From NCBI GenBank assembly GCA_947479915.1, contig CANKAU010000010.1, positions 2,033 through 66,032 on the forward strand: a stretch of 64,000 nt of DNA, in the 5' to 3' direction. This DNA is from Chloroflexota bacterium (GTDB taxonomy: Bacteria; Chloroflexota; Dehalococcoidia; UBA2979). The notes beneath the pieces are model-generated. The model did no database searches. It had not been told where the DNA came from and was given only the letters and a program-made list of their open reading frames with translations. Shown here in pieces: positions 11,737 through 24,369 of the stretch (position 1 is its first letter; the number at the start of each line of letters is the position of its first letter). Position numbers and translations under genes: made by a program.

Positions 11737-13023
11737 CTAGCGCACCTGCCCGTTGCCGAGCACGATCCACTTGTAGGACGTGAGCTCCTTGAGCCCCATG
11801 GGGCCGCGCGCGTGCATCTTCTGCGTGGAGATGCCGACCTCGACGCCCAGTCCGAACTGCGCGCCGTCGTTGAAGTACGTGGAGGCGTTCACGAACACCG
11901 CCGCCGCGTCCACGTCGCGCTGGAAGCGCTGCGCCGAGGACCATGACTCCGTGACGATGGCCTCCGAGTGTCCGCTGCCGTGCTCCTCGATGTGTCCGAT
12001 CGCACCGTCGAGGTCGTCGACCACGCGGATCGAGCAGTCGAGCGACAGCCACTCCCGGTCGTAGTCCTCGGGCTGCACCGGCATCGACTCTGCACCGCGC
12101 ACCAGCGGCAGCGCGCGCTCGTCGGCGTGCACGGTGACACCCTTCGCGCCAAGCGCCTCGGTCATCATCGGCACGAAGCGATCGGCGACGGATGCGTGCA
12201 CCAGCAGCGTGTCCATCGCGTTGCAGACCGAGGGGCGCACGGTCTTCGCGTTGATGACGATGTTGCGCGCCATATCGAGGTCGGCGTCCGCATCGACGAA
12301 CGTGTGGCACACGCCGATGCCGCCAGCGACCACCGGCATGGTGGCCTCCTGCTGCACGCGGCGGATCAGGTCGGCACCGCCGCGAGGCACCATCAGGTCG
12401 ACGAGCGGCCCTGCCTTCAGCAGCGCGCCGACCTCCTCTCGGTCGGTCGACTCGATGAACTGCACGAGGCCCTCGGGCAGCCCCGCGGCCGTGCACTCGC
12501 GCGCGATGATCTCTGCGAAGACCGCGGAGGTCTCGTGCGCGTCCGTGCCGGAGCGCATGACGACGGCATTACTCGACTTGATGCACACGGCCGCGATGTC
12601 GACGGTGACGTTCGGGCGCGATTCGTAGATCGTCGCGATGACGCCCAGCGGCACGCGGATGCGGCCGATCTGCAGGCCGTTCGGGCGCGTCACCATCTCC
12701 TCGGTCACGCCGATCGGGTCGGGCAGCGCGGCCACGGCGCGCGTGTCGTTCGCGATCGCCTTCAGGCGCGCCTCGCTCAGCTCCATGCGATCGATGAACG
12801 AGCCGGTGAGGCCGTTCGCGCGACCACGCTCGATCTCCGGGCCGTTCACCGCGAGGATGCGCGGCGTCTCCGCCTCGATCGCGTCGGCGATGCGCCGGAG
12901 CGCGTCGTTCTTCTGCGTCGTGCTGACCTGCGACATCCGGCGACTCGCCGCGCGGGCGAGCTTCGCCTTGCGGGTCGACTCGGAGTCGGCGGTCTCGGTG
13001 GGACGGTCGATGGTGCTGGTCAT
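11737..13023 (-). CDS. proA: glutamate-5-semialdehyde dehydrogenase (gamma-glutamyl phosphate reductase)
   Basis: Full-length ProA-like sequence (aldehyde dehydrogenase fold with catalytic Cys in VCNAMDTLLVH). Start at MTSTID. Confidence 0.93.
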   Translation of the reverse strand: MTSTIDRPTETADSESTRKAKLARAASRRMSQVSTTQKNDALRRIADAIEAETPRILAVNGPEIERGRANGLTGSFIDRMELSEARLKAIANDTRAVAALPDPIGVTEEMVTRPNGLQIGRIRVPLGVIATIYESRPNVTVDIAAVCIKSSNAVVMRSGTDAHETSAVFAEIIARECTAAGLPEGLVQFIESTDREEVGALLKAGPLVDLMVPRGGADLIRRVQQEATMPVVAGGIGVCHTFVDADADLDMARNIVINAKTVRPSVCNAMDTLLVHASVADRFVPMMTEALGAKGVTVHADERALPLVRGAESMPVQPEDYDREWLSLDCSIRVVDDLDGAIGHIEEHGSGHSEAIVTESWSSAQRFQRDVDAAAVFVNASTYFNDGAQFGLGVEVGISTQKMHARGPMGLKELTSYKWIVLGNGQVR

Positions 13024-13134
13024 GGAACATCCCTCTGGACTGATCACAGTCCGCCAGTGGCTGACGCGCCGCGCGACCTCGCGAGGGCCGGGTGCGGCAA
13101 TACCCGCATCCGGCCCGCAGGAGATATGTCGAGG

Positions 13135-14295
13135 TTACACGAGCACGAGATTGTTGCGGTGGATGACCTCCGCGCCGAACTCGTAACCCAGCAGATCCGC
13201 GATCTGGTCGGAGTGGTGGCCGAGGATCTGGGCGACCTCTGCGCTGGAGTAGTTCGCCATGCCGCTCGCCAGGTGGCGGCCCGCCTGCGTCTTCACGTGC
13301 ACCACGTCGCCTCGGACGAACGTCCCGTCGCAGGCGGTCACGCCGGCCGGGAGGAGCGAGGAGCCCCCGCGCAGCAGCGCCCCGGCCGCGCCGTCGTCCA
13401 CCACCACGGTGCCGCGCGCCTGCAGGCCCGACAGCAGGTAGCGGCGACGGCTCTCGATGTGGTCGCCGACCGGCAGGAAGTGAGTGCCCACCGGCTCGCC
13501 GGCCACCGCGCGCAGCACCACGTCGCGCTGTGCGCCGGCCGCGATCACCACGTGCGTCCCACCCTGCGTCGCGATGCGCGCCGCCTGAACCTTCGTTGCC
13601 ATGCCGCCGGTGCCGCGCACGCCCGAGGCGCCCGAGGCGGCCCGCTCGATCGTCTCGTCGATGCGTGCGACTTCCTCGATCAGCTTCGCGCTCGGGTCGC
13701 GGTTGGGGTCGGCGGTGTAGAGGCCCGCGATGTCCGTGAGGATGAGCAGCAGGTCGGCATCCACGAGGTTCGCGACCTGCGCGGAGAGGTTGTCGTTGTC
13801 GCCGATCTTCGTGAGCTCCTGCAGCTCCTCGATCGACACGACGTCGTTCTCGTTGACGATCGGGACGACGCCCAGCTCGACCAGCTCGATGAGCGTGTTG
13901 CGGGTGTTGAGGTAGCCGAGACGATCGGCGAGGTCGCGGCGCGTGAGCAGCGCCTGCGCGATCGGCACGTCCTGCTGCTCGAACATCTGATCCCACAGCG
14001 CCATTAGCCGTGACTGGCCGATCGCGGCGAGTGCCTGCCTCGACTGCGCCTCGCGGAGCGCGAGCGCGCGCGCTTCGTGGTGCGACTTCACACGATGACG
14101 CCCCGCGGCGACCGCACCGGACGTGACGACGATCGGCTGCACGCCCCGTGCGATGAGCGAGGCGATCTGCTCGGCGATCGCTGCCATCGCCACGGTATCG
14201 ATCTGCTCGGTGCCCGCGGTGAGCACGTTGGAGCCGATCTTCACCACCACGCGGCGGTACGCGATCTGCTGGGGCTCGAGGCGCTGTCCGGTCAT
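13135..14295 (-). CDS. proB: glutamate 5-kinase with C-terminal PUA domain
   Basis: VVKIGSNVLT...IVVTSGAVAAG... are amino-acid-kinase motifs; C-terminal PUA-like region. Upstream of proA on the same strand. Confidence 0.93.
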   Translation of the reverse strand: MTGQRLEPQQIAYRRVVVKIGSNVLTAGTEQIDTVAMAAIAEQIASLIARGVQPIVVTSGAVAAGRHRVKSHHEARALALREAQSRQALAAIGQSRLMALWDQMFEQQDVPIAQALLTRRDLADRLGYLNTRNTLIELVELGVVPIVNENDVVSIEELQELTKIGDNDNLSAQVANLVDADLLLILTDIAGLYTADPNRDPSAKLIEEVARIDETIERAASGASGVRGTGGMATKVQAARIATQGGTHVVIAAGAQRDVVLRAVAGEPVGTHFLPVGDHIESRRRYLLSGLQARGTVVVDDGAAGALLRGGSSLLPAGVTACDGTFVRGDVVHVKTQAGRHLASGMANYSSAEVAQILGHHSDQIADLLGYEFGAEVIHRNNLVLV

Positions 14296-14373
14296 ACGCG
14301 CGCTCCCCCCTCGGGAGCGTTGGCGGGCAAAGGGCTACGATGAGTATGCGGGGACGGTCGAGGAGGCCGACGC

Positions 14374-15387
14374 TTGGCGCAACCCGGTGCGATCGTGCGC
14401 CTCTCGGCGGCCCAGTGGCGAATCCCCCTGGTCGTCCTCGGCCGCGCCGTGACCAATTTCATCGAGGACTCCGGCAACCAGATGGCCGCCGCCGTCTCGT
14501 ACTACGCCCTGTTCTCGCTGTTCCCGCTGACGCTGCTCGCCGTCTCGATCTTCGGTGTGATCATCCGCGACCCCGGCGTGCAGGACGTGGTGCTCGCCGG
14601 AATCATCGGCTTCCTGCCGATCCGTGACCAAAGTATCGCGAATTCCCTGCGTCACGTCGCGGACCTTGGCCCCACGCTGACCGCCGTGTCGGCGGTCGGC
14701 TCCGTGTGGTCGGCCGGGGCACTCTCGGCGGCGCTCCGCTCCTCGCTCAACGTGGTGTTCGAGGTGCAGACCGGCCGCCCGTGGTTCCACGCGAAGCTCA
14801 TCGACTACGTCTTCCTGCCGATCATCGCGCTCCCCCTCGTCGGCGGCATCGTGCTGACCACGGTCTGGCGCATCGCGCAGGCGGAGTTCGGCCAGGCGCT
14901 GGGCGTGGTGGCCAGCCCGATCTCGTTCTCGTTCTTCTGGAACGCGGGCGCGATCGCCATCCCCTTCGGGCTGACCTTCGTCGCGTTCATGCTGACGTAC
15001 TGGCTGCTGCCCAACCGCCACCCGCGCTTCCGCTACATCTGGCCCGGGGCGCTCCTCGCCGCGATCGGCTTCGAGTTGCTGAAGGTCGGCTTCGCCGCGT
15101 ACTTGGAGCACTTCGCGTCGTTCGATGTGATCTACGGGTCGCTGGGGTCGGTGATCGTGCTGCTGTTCTGGGTCTACCTCACCGCGAACATCGTCATCTT
15201 CGGTGGCGAGGTGGCGGCGGAGGTGCCGCACGTGCTCCACGGCGAGCCGCGCCACGGCGGCGATTTCGAGGGCAACTGGAAGCTCTCCGTGCTCTCGTTC
15301 TTGCGCGGCCTCGTCATGGCCGGCGAGGAGGAGACCGCAGACCGCCCCCGTCGCAAGCTCCCGCCGCACATCGGGGGCGGCAAGTAG
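14374..15387 (+). CDS. YihY/BrkB (virulence factor BrkB / RNase BN-like) family membrane protein
   Basis: Multiple TM helices and the AAAVSYYALFSLFPLTLL...LTANIVIFGGEV family signature. Putative TTG start. Confidence 0.8.
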   Translation: MAQPGAIVRLSAAQWRIPLVVLGRAVTNFIEDSGNQMAAAVSYYALFSLFPLTLLAVSIFGVIIRDPGVQDVVLAGIIGFLPIRDQSIANSLRHVADLGPTLTAVSAVGSVWSAGALSAALRSSLNVVFEVQTGRPWFHAKLIDYVFLPIIALPLVGGIVLTTVWRIAQAEFGQALGVVASPISFSFFWNAGAIAIPFGLTFVAFMLTYWLLPNRHPRFRYIWPGALLAAIGFELLKVGFAAYLEHFASFDVIYGSLGSVIVLLFWVYLTANIVIFGGEVAAEVPHVLHGEPRHGGDFEGNWKLSVLSFLRGLVMAGEEETADRPRRKLPPHIGGGK

Positions 15388-15508
15388 CGTCGAAGTGGTC
15401 GAAACAGACCCTCACCCCACCCTCTCCCACCTTTGGGCGAGGGGGCAGAGCGATCGCGACGGTCAGGGCTGGCCGTTCCGCGGATCTTCGATCCGAGCTC
15501 CGGGATGC

Positions 15509-15549
15509 TCGAAGGGGAGGAGCCCCTTCGGACTGCAACCCCTCCCGCG

Positions 15550-15550
<1 letters not shown>
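15509..15550. repeat. short dispersed palindromic repeat (copy 1 of family B)
   Basis: cgaaggggaggagccccttcg hairpin followed by caacccctcccgcgc; near-identical to 42388-42430. Confidence 0.5.
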
Positions 15551-18837
<3,287 letters not shown>

Positions 18838-19240
18838 CGCGCACCCTCGATCTTCATCACTTCACGAGCAACAAAAAGAGCGCTCGCCCACACACCGATT
18901 GTCTCGGTGCGGGACGAGCGCTCGATGAATCGAACACCCGCGGTACCACCCGCGTTGCGCACGCTCCTCGACTGATCGAGGCACCTGCGCCGCTCACCGC
19001 GCGACGGAGGTGCTTCCCTCGATCGCGCTGCCCCTGGTAACGGTGGGCGCTCCGGCCGCGTCTACTCCCTCGACGACGATCACACGCGTCGAGGATTCGG
19101 GCGGCAGCTCGGGAGTGATCTTCGTCCTGCGCGATCCGTACCCGACTTCCACCGTCTCGGGCTCGCTCGTTCGGTCGGCTGCGGGACTACTCGTCTCCGT
19201 CGTCGCTGTTGTCTGTGTCTGCCTGTTGATTCGAGTCTAG
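18838..19240 (-). promoter_or_regulatory. T-box riboswitch leader of ileS
   Basis: The minus-strand sense contains AACGCGGGTGGTACCGCGGG (T-box consensus AANNNGGGTGGNACCGCG; plus coordinates 18935-18955). This is followed by a terminator hairpin gagcgctcg...cgagcgctc (18878-18924) and a UUUUU tract directly 5' of the ileS ATG. Confidence 0.7.
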
Positions 19241-19270
19241 GCGGCGCGTGCGCCGCCGATCAACGTCGCG

Positions 19271-19795
19271 CTACTCGTCGTCGTCCGCGTCCTCGGGGTC
19301 GGCGAGCGCTGCGACGGCGCTGCTGACCGAGATGCGGTCGGCGTCCTCGTCACGCACCACCACGCGAGCGGGCCCCGCGCCCTCGAGGGCGGCAGCGGCA
19401 TGGCCGGCGGCAGCGGAGATGCGGGCCGCGGCGGCCTCGGCCTCTACGGCCTCCTGTTGCTCCTGCTTGGAGCGCACGTCGTTGTAGCAGTTCGAGCAGT
19501 ACACCGGGCGGTCGCCACGAGGCACGAAGGGCACCTCGGTCGTCTGGCCGCACTGGTGGCACGCGGCCACATGCAGCTGGCGCGGCGTGCGCCCACCCCA
19601 CGAGACGTACACGCCGAACGTCGGCGCTTCCTCGCGATCCTCGGGGCGGAGCAGCTTGCGGGTCTGACGGCAGGACGGGCAGCGCACCGGGTCGTGCTGC
19701 AGGCCCTTCGTCGCGTAGAACTCCTGCTCGCCGGAGGTGAAGACGAACGATGAGCCGCAGTCGCGGCAGGTCAGTTCGCGGTCGTTGAAAGCCAT
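19271..19795 (-). CDS. zinc-ribbon domain protein with two CxxC-x(n)-CxxC modules
   Basis: Start MAFNDRELTCRDCGSSFVFTSGEQEFYATKGLQHDPVRCPSCR (zf-trcl-like). A second module reads CHQCGQTTEVPFVPRGDRPVYCSNCY. Acidic Ala-rich tail. Confidence 0.55.
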   Translation of the reverse strand: MAFNDRELTCRDCGSSFVFTSGEQEFYATKGLQHDPVRCPSCRQTRKLLRPEDREEAPTFGVYVSWGGRTPRQLHVAACHQCGQTTEVPFVPRGDRPVYCSNCYNDVRSKQEQQEAVEAEAAAARISAAAGHAAAALEGAGPARVVVRDEDADRISVSSAVAALADPEDADDDE

Positions 19796-20022
19796 CGGGA
19801 ACTCCAGTCTCAGCCCCGTCTGCACCCCTCACGCAGCCCGCTTCATCGAGGCCGCCGTCGCACCGCTTCGAGGCACACGCCAAGAAGCGGACGCCAGCGC
19901 GTCCGCTCGAATCGCTCCCTTGTGAAGGTTGGGGGCGCGTTCAGTATAGCAGGATGCGAGGCGCAGCCGTCACGTCGGCATGCCCGAAGGCCCGGGAGCG
20001 CGAGGGGTGCCGCCGAAGGTGG

Positions 20023-21849
20023 CTAGCCCCGCGCGAGCAGCGCCTCAAAGTCCTGGCGGTTCAGGCGGTAGGACACCAGCGCGAACGCGACCGTCCCCAG
20101 CCCGCCCGCGAGCAGCAGAACCGCGAGCGCGGTCAACGTCCCGGTCGCGCTCAGGCCGAGGAAGCCGAGCGCGAACCTCGTCGCGACGATCACCAGCGCC
20201 ATCGCGGCGGTCGCGGCCAGCGTGCTGCGCAGCGTGCGCTCCAGCGCGGGGCGGTTCAGCCCGCCGATGCGCCCGCGTAGCGCGAACACCAGCAGCGCGA
20301 ACTCGAGGATTGCGGTCAGCGTCGCCGCCCCGGCGAGCCCGCGCAGTCCGAACGGCGTGACGAAGAGCGCGGCCAGCGCGACGTTCAGGATCATCGCGAC
20401 GACCGCCGCCGCGACCGGCGTGCGCGTGTCGCTCAGGGCGTAGAAGCCACGGCTCAGGATCTCCACACCGCTGTGCGCGAAGATGCCGATCCCGTACACC
20501 ACCAGCGCGCTCACCACGAGGCTCGCCGAGCGCTCATCGAACGCTCCGCGCTGCAGCAGCACGCGCACCGCGGGGCCGGCGAGCAGGATCAGCGCCACGG
20601 ACGCCGGGATCGCGAGCAGCAGGATCGTGCGCAGCGCGTGCGTCAGCGCATCGCGCAGGAGTTGCGTCTCGCGCGCGGCGGCGTGCTGCGCCAGCGTGGG
20701 GAACACCGCCGTGGAGATCGCCATGCCGATGACGCCGACCGGCAGCATCATCATCAGGAACGCGTAGTTCATCGCGCTGATCGCCTCGTCCGACACGAAC
20801 GAGGCGAAGAAGATCACGGCGAGGAAGTTCACCTGCGACGCCGCGAGGCCCACGACGCGCGGCCCCATCAGCGCCATCACGTCACGCACGCCCTCGCCGA
20901 AGAGGTCGAACGAGAATGTCCAGCGGAAGCCGACCTCGCGCAGTGCCGGGATCTGCACCAGCAGATGGCCGGCCGATCCGATGACCACGCCCCATGCCAG
21001 CCCCTGCACGCCGAACGGCTTCGCGAGGAACAGCGCCGCGAGGATGATGCTCAGGTTGTAGATCAGCGGCGCGATCGCCGGTGCCAGGAAGTGCTGCCGC
21101 GCGTTGAGGATGCCGGTCAGCATCCCCGAGATGCCGAAGAAGAGCGGCGACAGCAGCATCAGTCGCGTCAGTTGCACCGCGAGCGCCACCAGTTCCGCCT
21201 CGCGGCCCGTTTCGTGGCCCAGGCCCGGCGCGAGCCACGGCACGATGCGCGGCGCCGCGAGGTACGCGATCCCCGCCGCGAGGAATGTCGCGATGCTCAC
21301 CAGGTGCAGCACGCTCGACGCCAGCTGCCACGCGGCGCGGGATCCTCGCGTGGTGCGGATGCGGCTGTACGTGGGGATGAACGCCGAGGACAGCGTGGCG
21401 CCCGCCAGCAGCTGGAACACGAGGTCGGGCAGGCGGAACGCGACCCAGTAGGCAGACAGCTCCGGGTCGGTGCCGAACGCGTTCGCGATCGCCACCGACC
21501 GCGCGACGCCGAGGACACGCGACAGCAGGAACCCGACCGCGACGATGCCCGCCGCGCTCACCAGCATGCCCAGCCGCCCCCGCTTGGGTGCGGCCGGCTC
21601 GCCGATGAGGTAGCGGCGCAGGCGCCCCCGGTCGCGCAGGTGTTCCTCGTAGGGGTGAGGGGCGTTCGGGTCGCCCTCGGGCACCTCTGCCGGTCGCGGC
21701 AGCTCCGGGGGGAGCCGCTCGGCCGGCGCCGGGGCGGCGGGGCGAGGGACGGACGCTCCCTGCTTGGGGCCCGGCGGTGGCGTGATCCAGCGTGACGGCT
21801 GCGGGTCGGGCATACCGGCTATGTTCGACCCCGCCCGCCGAGGTGGCAA
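20023..21849 (-). CDS. murJ: murein biosynthesis integral membrane protein MurJ (lipid II flippase)
   Basis: Polytopic membrane protein with MviN/MurJ hallmark blocks (NAFGTDPELSAYWVAFRLPDLVFQLL..., ...MNYAFLMMMLPVGVIGMAIST...). The Pro-rich N-terminal extension suggests the true start may be downstream at about 21813. Confidence 0.85.
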   Translation of the reverse strand: MPPRRAGSNIAGMPDPQPSRWITPPPGPKQGASVPRPAAPAPAERLPPELPRPAEVPEGDPNAPHPYEEHLRDRGRLRRYLIGEPAAPKRGRLGMLVSAAGIVAVGFLLSRVLGVARSVAIANAFGTDPELSAYWVAFRLPDLVFQLLAGATLSSAFIPTYSRIRTTRGSRAAWQLASSVLHLVSIATFLAAGIAYLAAPRIVPWLAPGLGHETGREAELVALAVQLTRLMLLSPLFFGISGMLTGILNARQHFLAPAIAPLIYNLSIILAALFLAKPFGVQGLAWGVVIGSAGHLLVQIPALREVGFRWTFSFDLFGEGVRDVMALMGPRVVGLAASQVNFLAVIFFASFVSDEAISAMNYAFLMMMLPVGVIGMAISTAVFPTLAQHAAARETQLLRDALTHALRTILLLAIPASVALILLAGPAVRVLLQRGAFDERSASLVVSALVVYGIGIFAHSGVEILSRGFYALSDTRTPVAAAVVAMILNVALAALFVTPFGLRGLAGAATLTAILEFALLVFALRGRIGGLNRPALERTLRSTLAATAAMALVIVATRFALGFLGLSATGTLTALAVLLLAGGLGTVAFALVSYRLNRQDFEALLARG

Positions 21850-21961
21850 ACAACCCTCCCACCCGCCGGCAGGCCCCGGGGGAACCCGGATCGGCCGAGG
21901 ATGGACGCAGGCCGCCGTTCTCCTCTACGATGTTCGTCCGTCCGTACTCAGGGGGATTTCG

Positions 21962-22237
21962 ATGGCTCACTCGCTCCAGGCGCGCAAGCGCGTCCGACAG
22001 ACCGAAACGCACACGGAACGCAACAAGCCGTTCCGCACCCGCGCCGCTCACGCCGTCCGTGACGCGCGCTCCGCGATCCAGCGCAACGACGACGGTGCCA
22101 CCGATCTGGTGCGCGCCGCGCAGTCCGCGCTGGACCGTGCCGCCCGCCGCAACGTCATTCACCCGAACGCCGCCGCGCGCCGCAAGTCGCGTCTCGCGCA
22201 GCAGCTGAAGGCGAAGCAGACGGCCGTCGCCGCGTAG
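21962..22237 (+). CDS. rpsT: 30S ribosomal protein S20
   Basis: MAHSLQARKRVRQTETHTERNKPFRTRAAHAVRDARSAI... is typical bS20. Divergent from murJ. Confidence 0.92.
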   Translation: MAHSLQARKRVRQTETHTERNKPFRTRAAHAVRDARSAIQRNDDGATDLVRAAQSALDRAARRNVIHPNAAARRKSRLAQQLKAKQTAVAA

Positions 22238-22270
22238 CCTTTCGGCTCCGGCGCGTTTCTCGATGTGCCC

Positions 22271-22300
22271 CCGCCTCGTGCGGGGGTTCTTCGTGTCCGG
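22271..22300 (+). terminator. intrinsic terminator after rpsT
   Basis: gcccccgcctcgtgcgggggttcttcgtg: GC stem plus U-rich tail. Confidence 0.6.
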
Positions 22301-22388
22301 CTGCGTTCCGCACACCCGGATCAATGCGCCCCCGCGCGCGGGCTGAGATACTGCGACCTCAACCGCTTCCCGCCTGCGAGGTACCGCC

Positions 22389-23444
22389 ATGCGCGCCACG
22401 ATCTTCAACGCCCCCGGCAACGTCACCGTCGAGGATCGACCGGAGCCGCATGCCGGGCCGGGTGCGATCCGCCTGCGCATCGCCGCCGCCTCGCTCTGCG
22501 CCTCGGACGTGCGCGTCTACCGCGGCGAGAAGCACGCCGCCCCCGGCGTCATCCCGGGCCACGAGCTGGCCGGCGTGGTGGACGAGGTCGGCGAGGGCGT
22601 GGAGGGCATCCGCGAGGGCCAGCGCGTCATCATCTGCCCGATCGTCGCGTGCAACCGCTGCCTGTACTGCCTGCTCGGTCGCCGCAACCGCTGCGAGAAG
22701 CGCCTCACCCTCGGGTACGACCTCGACGGCGGGTTCGCCGACTACCTCGTCGTGCCGCCCTCGATCGTCAGCACGGGCCAGGTGTTCGAGGTCGCGGACG
22801 ACCTGCCGCTGGACATCGCCGCGCTGACGGAGCCGTCCGCGTGCACCCTCGCGTCGCTGGAGCTGTGCCAGGTGCGCGCCGGGACGTCGATGGCGATCGT
22901 CGGCGCCGGGCCGATGGGCCTGCTGCACCTGATCATGGGCCGCGCGCTGGGCGCCGGGCCGATCATCGTCGTCGAGCCGATCGCCGAGCGCCGCGAGATC
23001 GCGAAGCGCTGGGGCGCCGATCTCGTACTCGACCCGAATGTCGACGACGTGAAGGGCGCCGTGCGCGCCAGCACGGACGGCCGCCTGGGCGCGGACGCCG
23101 TGATCGTCTCGGTCGGTGTCGCGGAGCTCGTCGGCCCCGCGCTCGACCTCGCGCGCCCGCAGGCGGTGGTCAACCTGTTCGCGGGTTTCCCGCGCGGCGG
23201 CGCGCCGGTGCCGTTCGACCCGAACCTCGTCCACTACTCCGAGGTGCTCCTGACCGGCAGCCAGAACGCGACCGCGGATCAGTACCGCCGCACGCTGCGC
23301 CTGCTCCGCAGCACGCCGCACATCGACGAGGTGGTGACCAACCGCTACACCGTGGAGACCTCGCCCGAGGCTTACACCGCGCGCCTCGCGATGAACGGGC
23401 TGAAGTCGCTCGTGCAGTTCGCCGGCGTCGATCCGAACAACTAG
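22389..23444 (+). CDS. zinc-dependent alcohol dehydrogenase family protein (threonine/sorbitol dehydrogenase-like)
   Basis: GHELAGVV...structural-zinc motif CNRCLYCLLGRRNRC...GAGPMGLL Rossmann motif. Confidence 0.85.
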   Translation: MRATIFNAPGNVTVEDRPEPHAGPGAIRLRIAAASLCASDVRVYRGEKHAAPGVIPGHELAGVVDEVGEGVEGIREGQRVIICPIVACNRCLYCLLGRRNRCEKRLTLGYDLDGGFADYLVVPPSIVSTGQVFEVADDLPLDIAALTEPSACTLASLELCQVRAGTSMAIVGAGPMGLLHLIMGRALGAGPIIVVEPIAERREIAKRWGADLVLDPNVDDVKGAVRASTDGRLGADAVIVSVGVAELVGPALDLARPQAVVNLFAGFPRGGAPVPFDPNLVHYSEVLLTGSQNATADQYRRTLRLLRSTPHIDEVVTNRYTVETSPEAYTARLAMNGLKSLVQFAGVDPNN

Positions 23445-23472
23445 CGCATGACCCGCCGCAACGAGTCGTCCC

Positions 23473-24235
23473 GATGAACTGGCCGGGCCGTCGCGCCGAG
23501 CGCGCGGAGGCCGAGTCCGCTGCCGCCGTGGTGGCGGACGAGACGCGCGAACGCGCGCGTCGCACCGGCGATGTCCTGCGACAGACGCGCACGGAGCGCA
23601 AGATCACGCTCGCCGACGTCGAGCAGGACATCCGCATCAACCGCACGTACATCGAGGCGCTCGAGAACGCGCGCTTCGATCTGCTGCCCGCCCCGGTCTA
23701 TGCGCGCGGCTTCATGCGCTCCTACGCCCGCTACCTGGGCCTCGACCCGGACGAAGCGGTGCGCGCCGTCCCGCGCGACCTCCCGCGCCCCACGGACCTC
23801 GACCCGATGCCCGGCCTGCGCCGCGCGATGCCGGCCTCGCTGCCCACGTTGCCGAACGTCAGTCCGCTGATGGCGGGCGGCATCGGCGTGGCGGCGGTCG
23901 TGCTGGCGCTCGCGTTCTACTTCGGGCCACGACTGAGCGGCGGCACCGGCATCAACGCCACGGCGACGCCCTCCGCGACCGCCACGTCGAGCGCGAGCTT
24001 CGACGCGCCGAACCTCGTCGGCGGCACGCGCGAGGTGGCAACGCAGACGCTCGAACGTGCGGGCCTCGCCCCGCTGATCTTCGAGTCGCAGAACACCGCA
24101 CCCGCGGGCACGGTCTTCCGCCAGTCGCCCGGCGCCGGCGCCCCCGTGAAGCGCGGCGACGTCATCACGCTCTTCGTCTCGCAGGGCGCCACCGGCACCC
24201 CGACCCCCACTCCGACCGCCACGCCGGGCCGCTAG
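23473..24235 (+). CDS. RodZ-like HTH (XRE) membrane protein with C-terminal PASTA domain
   Basis: N-terminal HTH (RKITLADVEQDIRINRTYIEALE), one TM helix (GIGVAAVVLALAFYF), C-terminal PASTA-like NLVGGTREVATQTLERAGLAPLIFESQ...GDVITLFVS, Thr/Pro tail. Confidence 0.6.
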
Positions 24236-24369
24236 CACCGTTCGCCCTGACGCGAGTCGAACAGGCACCGAGGGGCGGGCCGCCCCGCGAAATCGTCTCG
24301 ACACGCCACTTACGCCCGAGCCGCACGCCGCGCCGCGCGCTCGCCGGGTGCGGCCCGTAGACTGAACGG

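Noticed and set aside
11968-14007. 679-aa plus-strand ORF and 475-aa minus-strand ORF (12569-13996) rich in R/G/A/D
   Set aside because: They are antisense to or frame-shifted relative to proA/proB and have low-complexity Arg/Gly-rich translations typical of wrong-frame high-GC DNA.
18927-18955. tRNA-like GGTGGTACCGCGGGTGTTCGATTC segment considered as a possible tRNA gene
   Set aside because: The surrounding sequence cannot form a cloverleaf. It is the T-box/antiterminator sequence of the ileS leader, which mimics tRNA-interacting motifs.
22265-24235. 656-aa plus-strand ORF spanning the alcohol dehydrogenase and RodZ-like genes
   Set aside because: Frame differs from the ADH gene (22389-23444). 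Only its last about 255 codons (from the ATG at 23473) correspond to the real HTH-PASTA protein.
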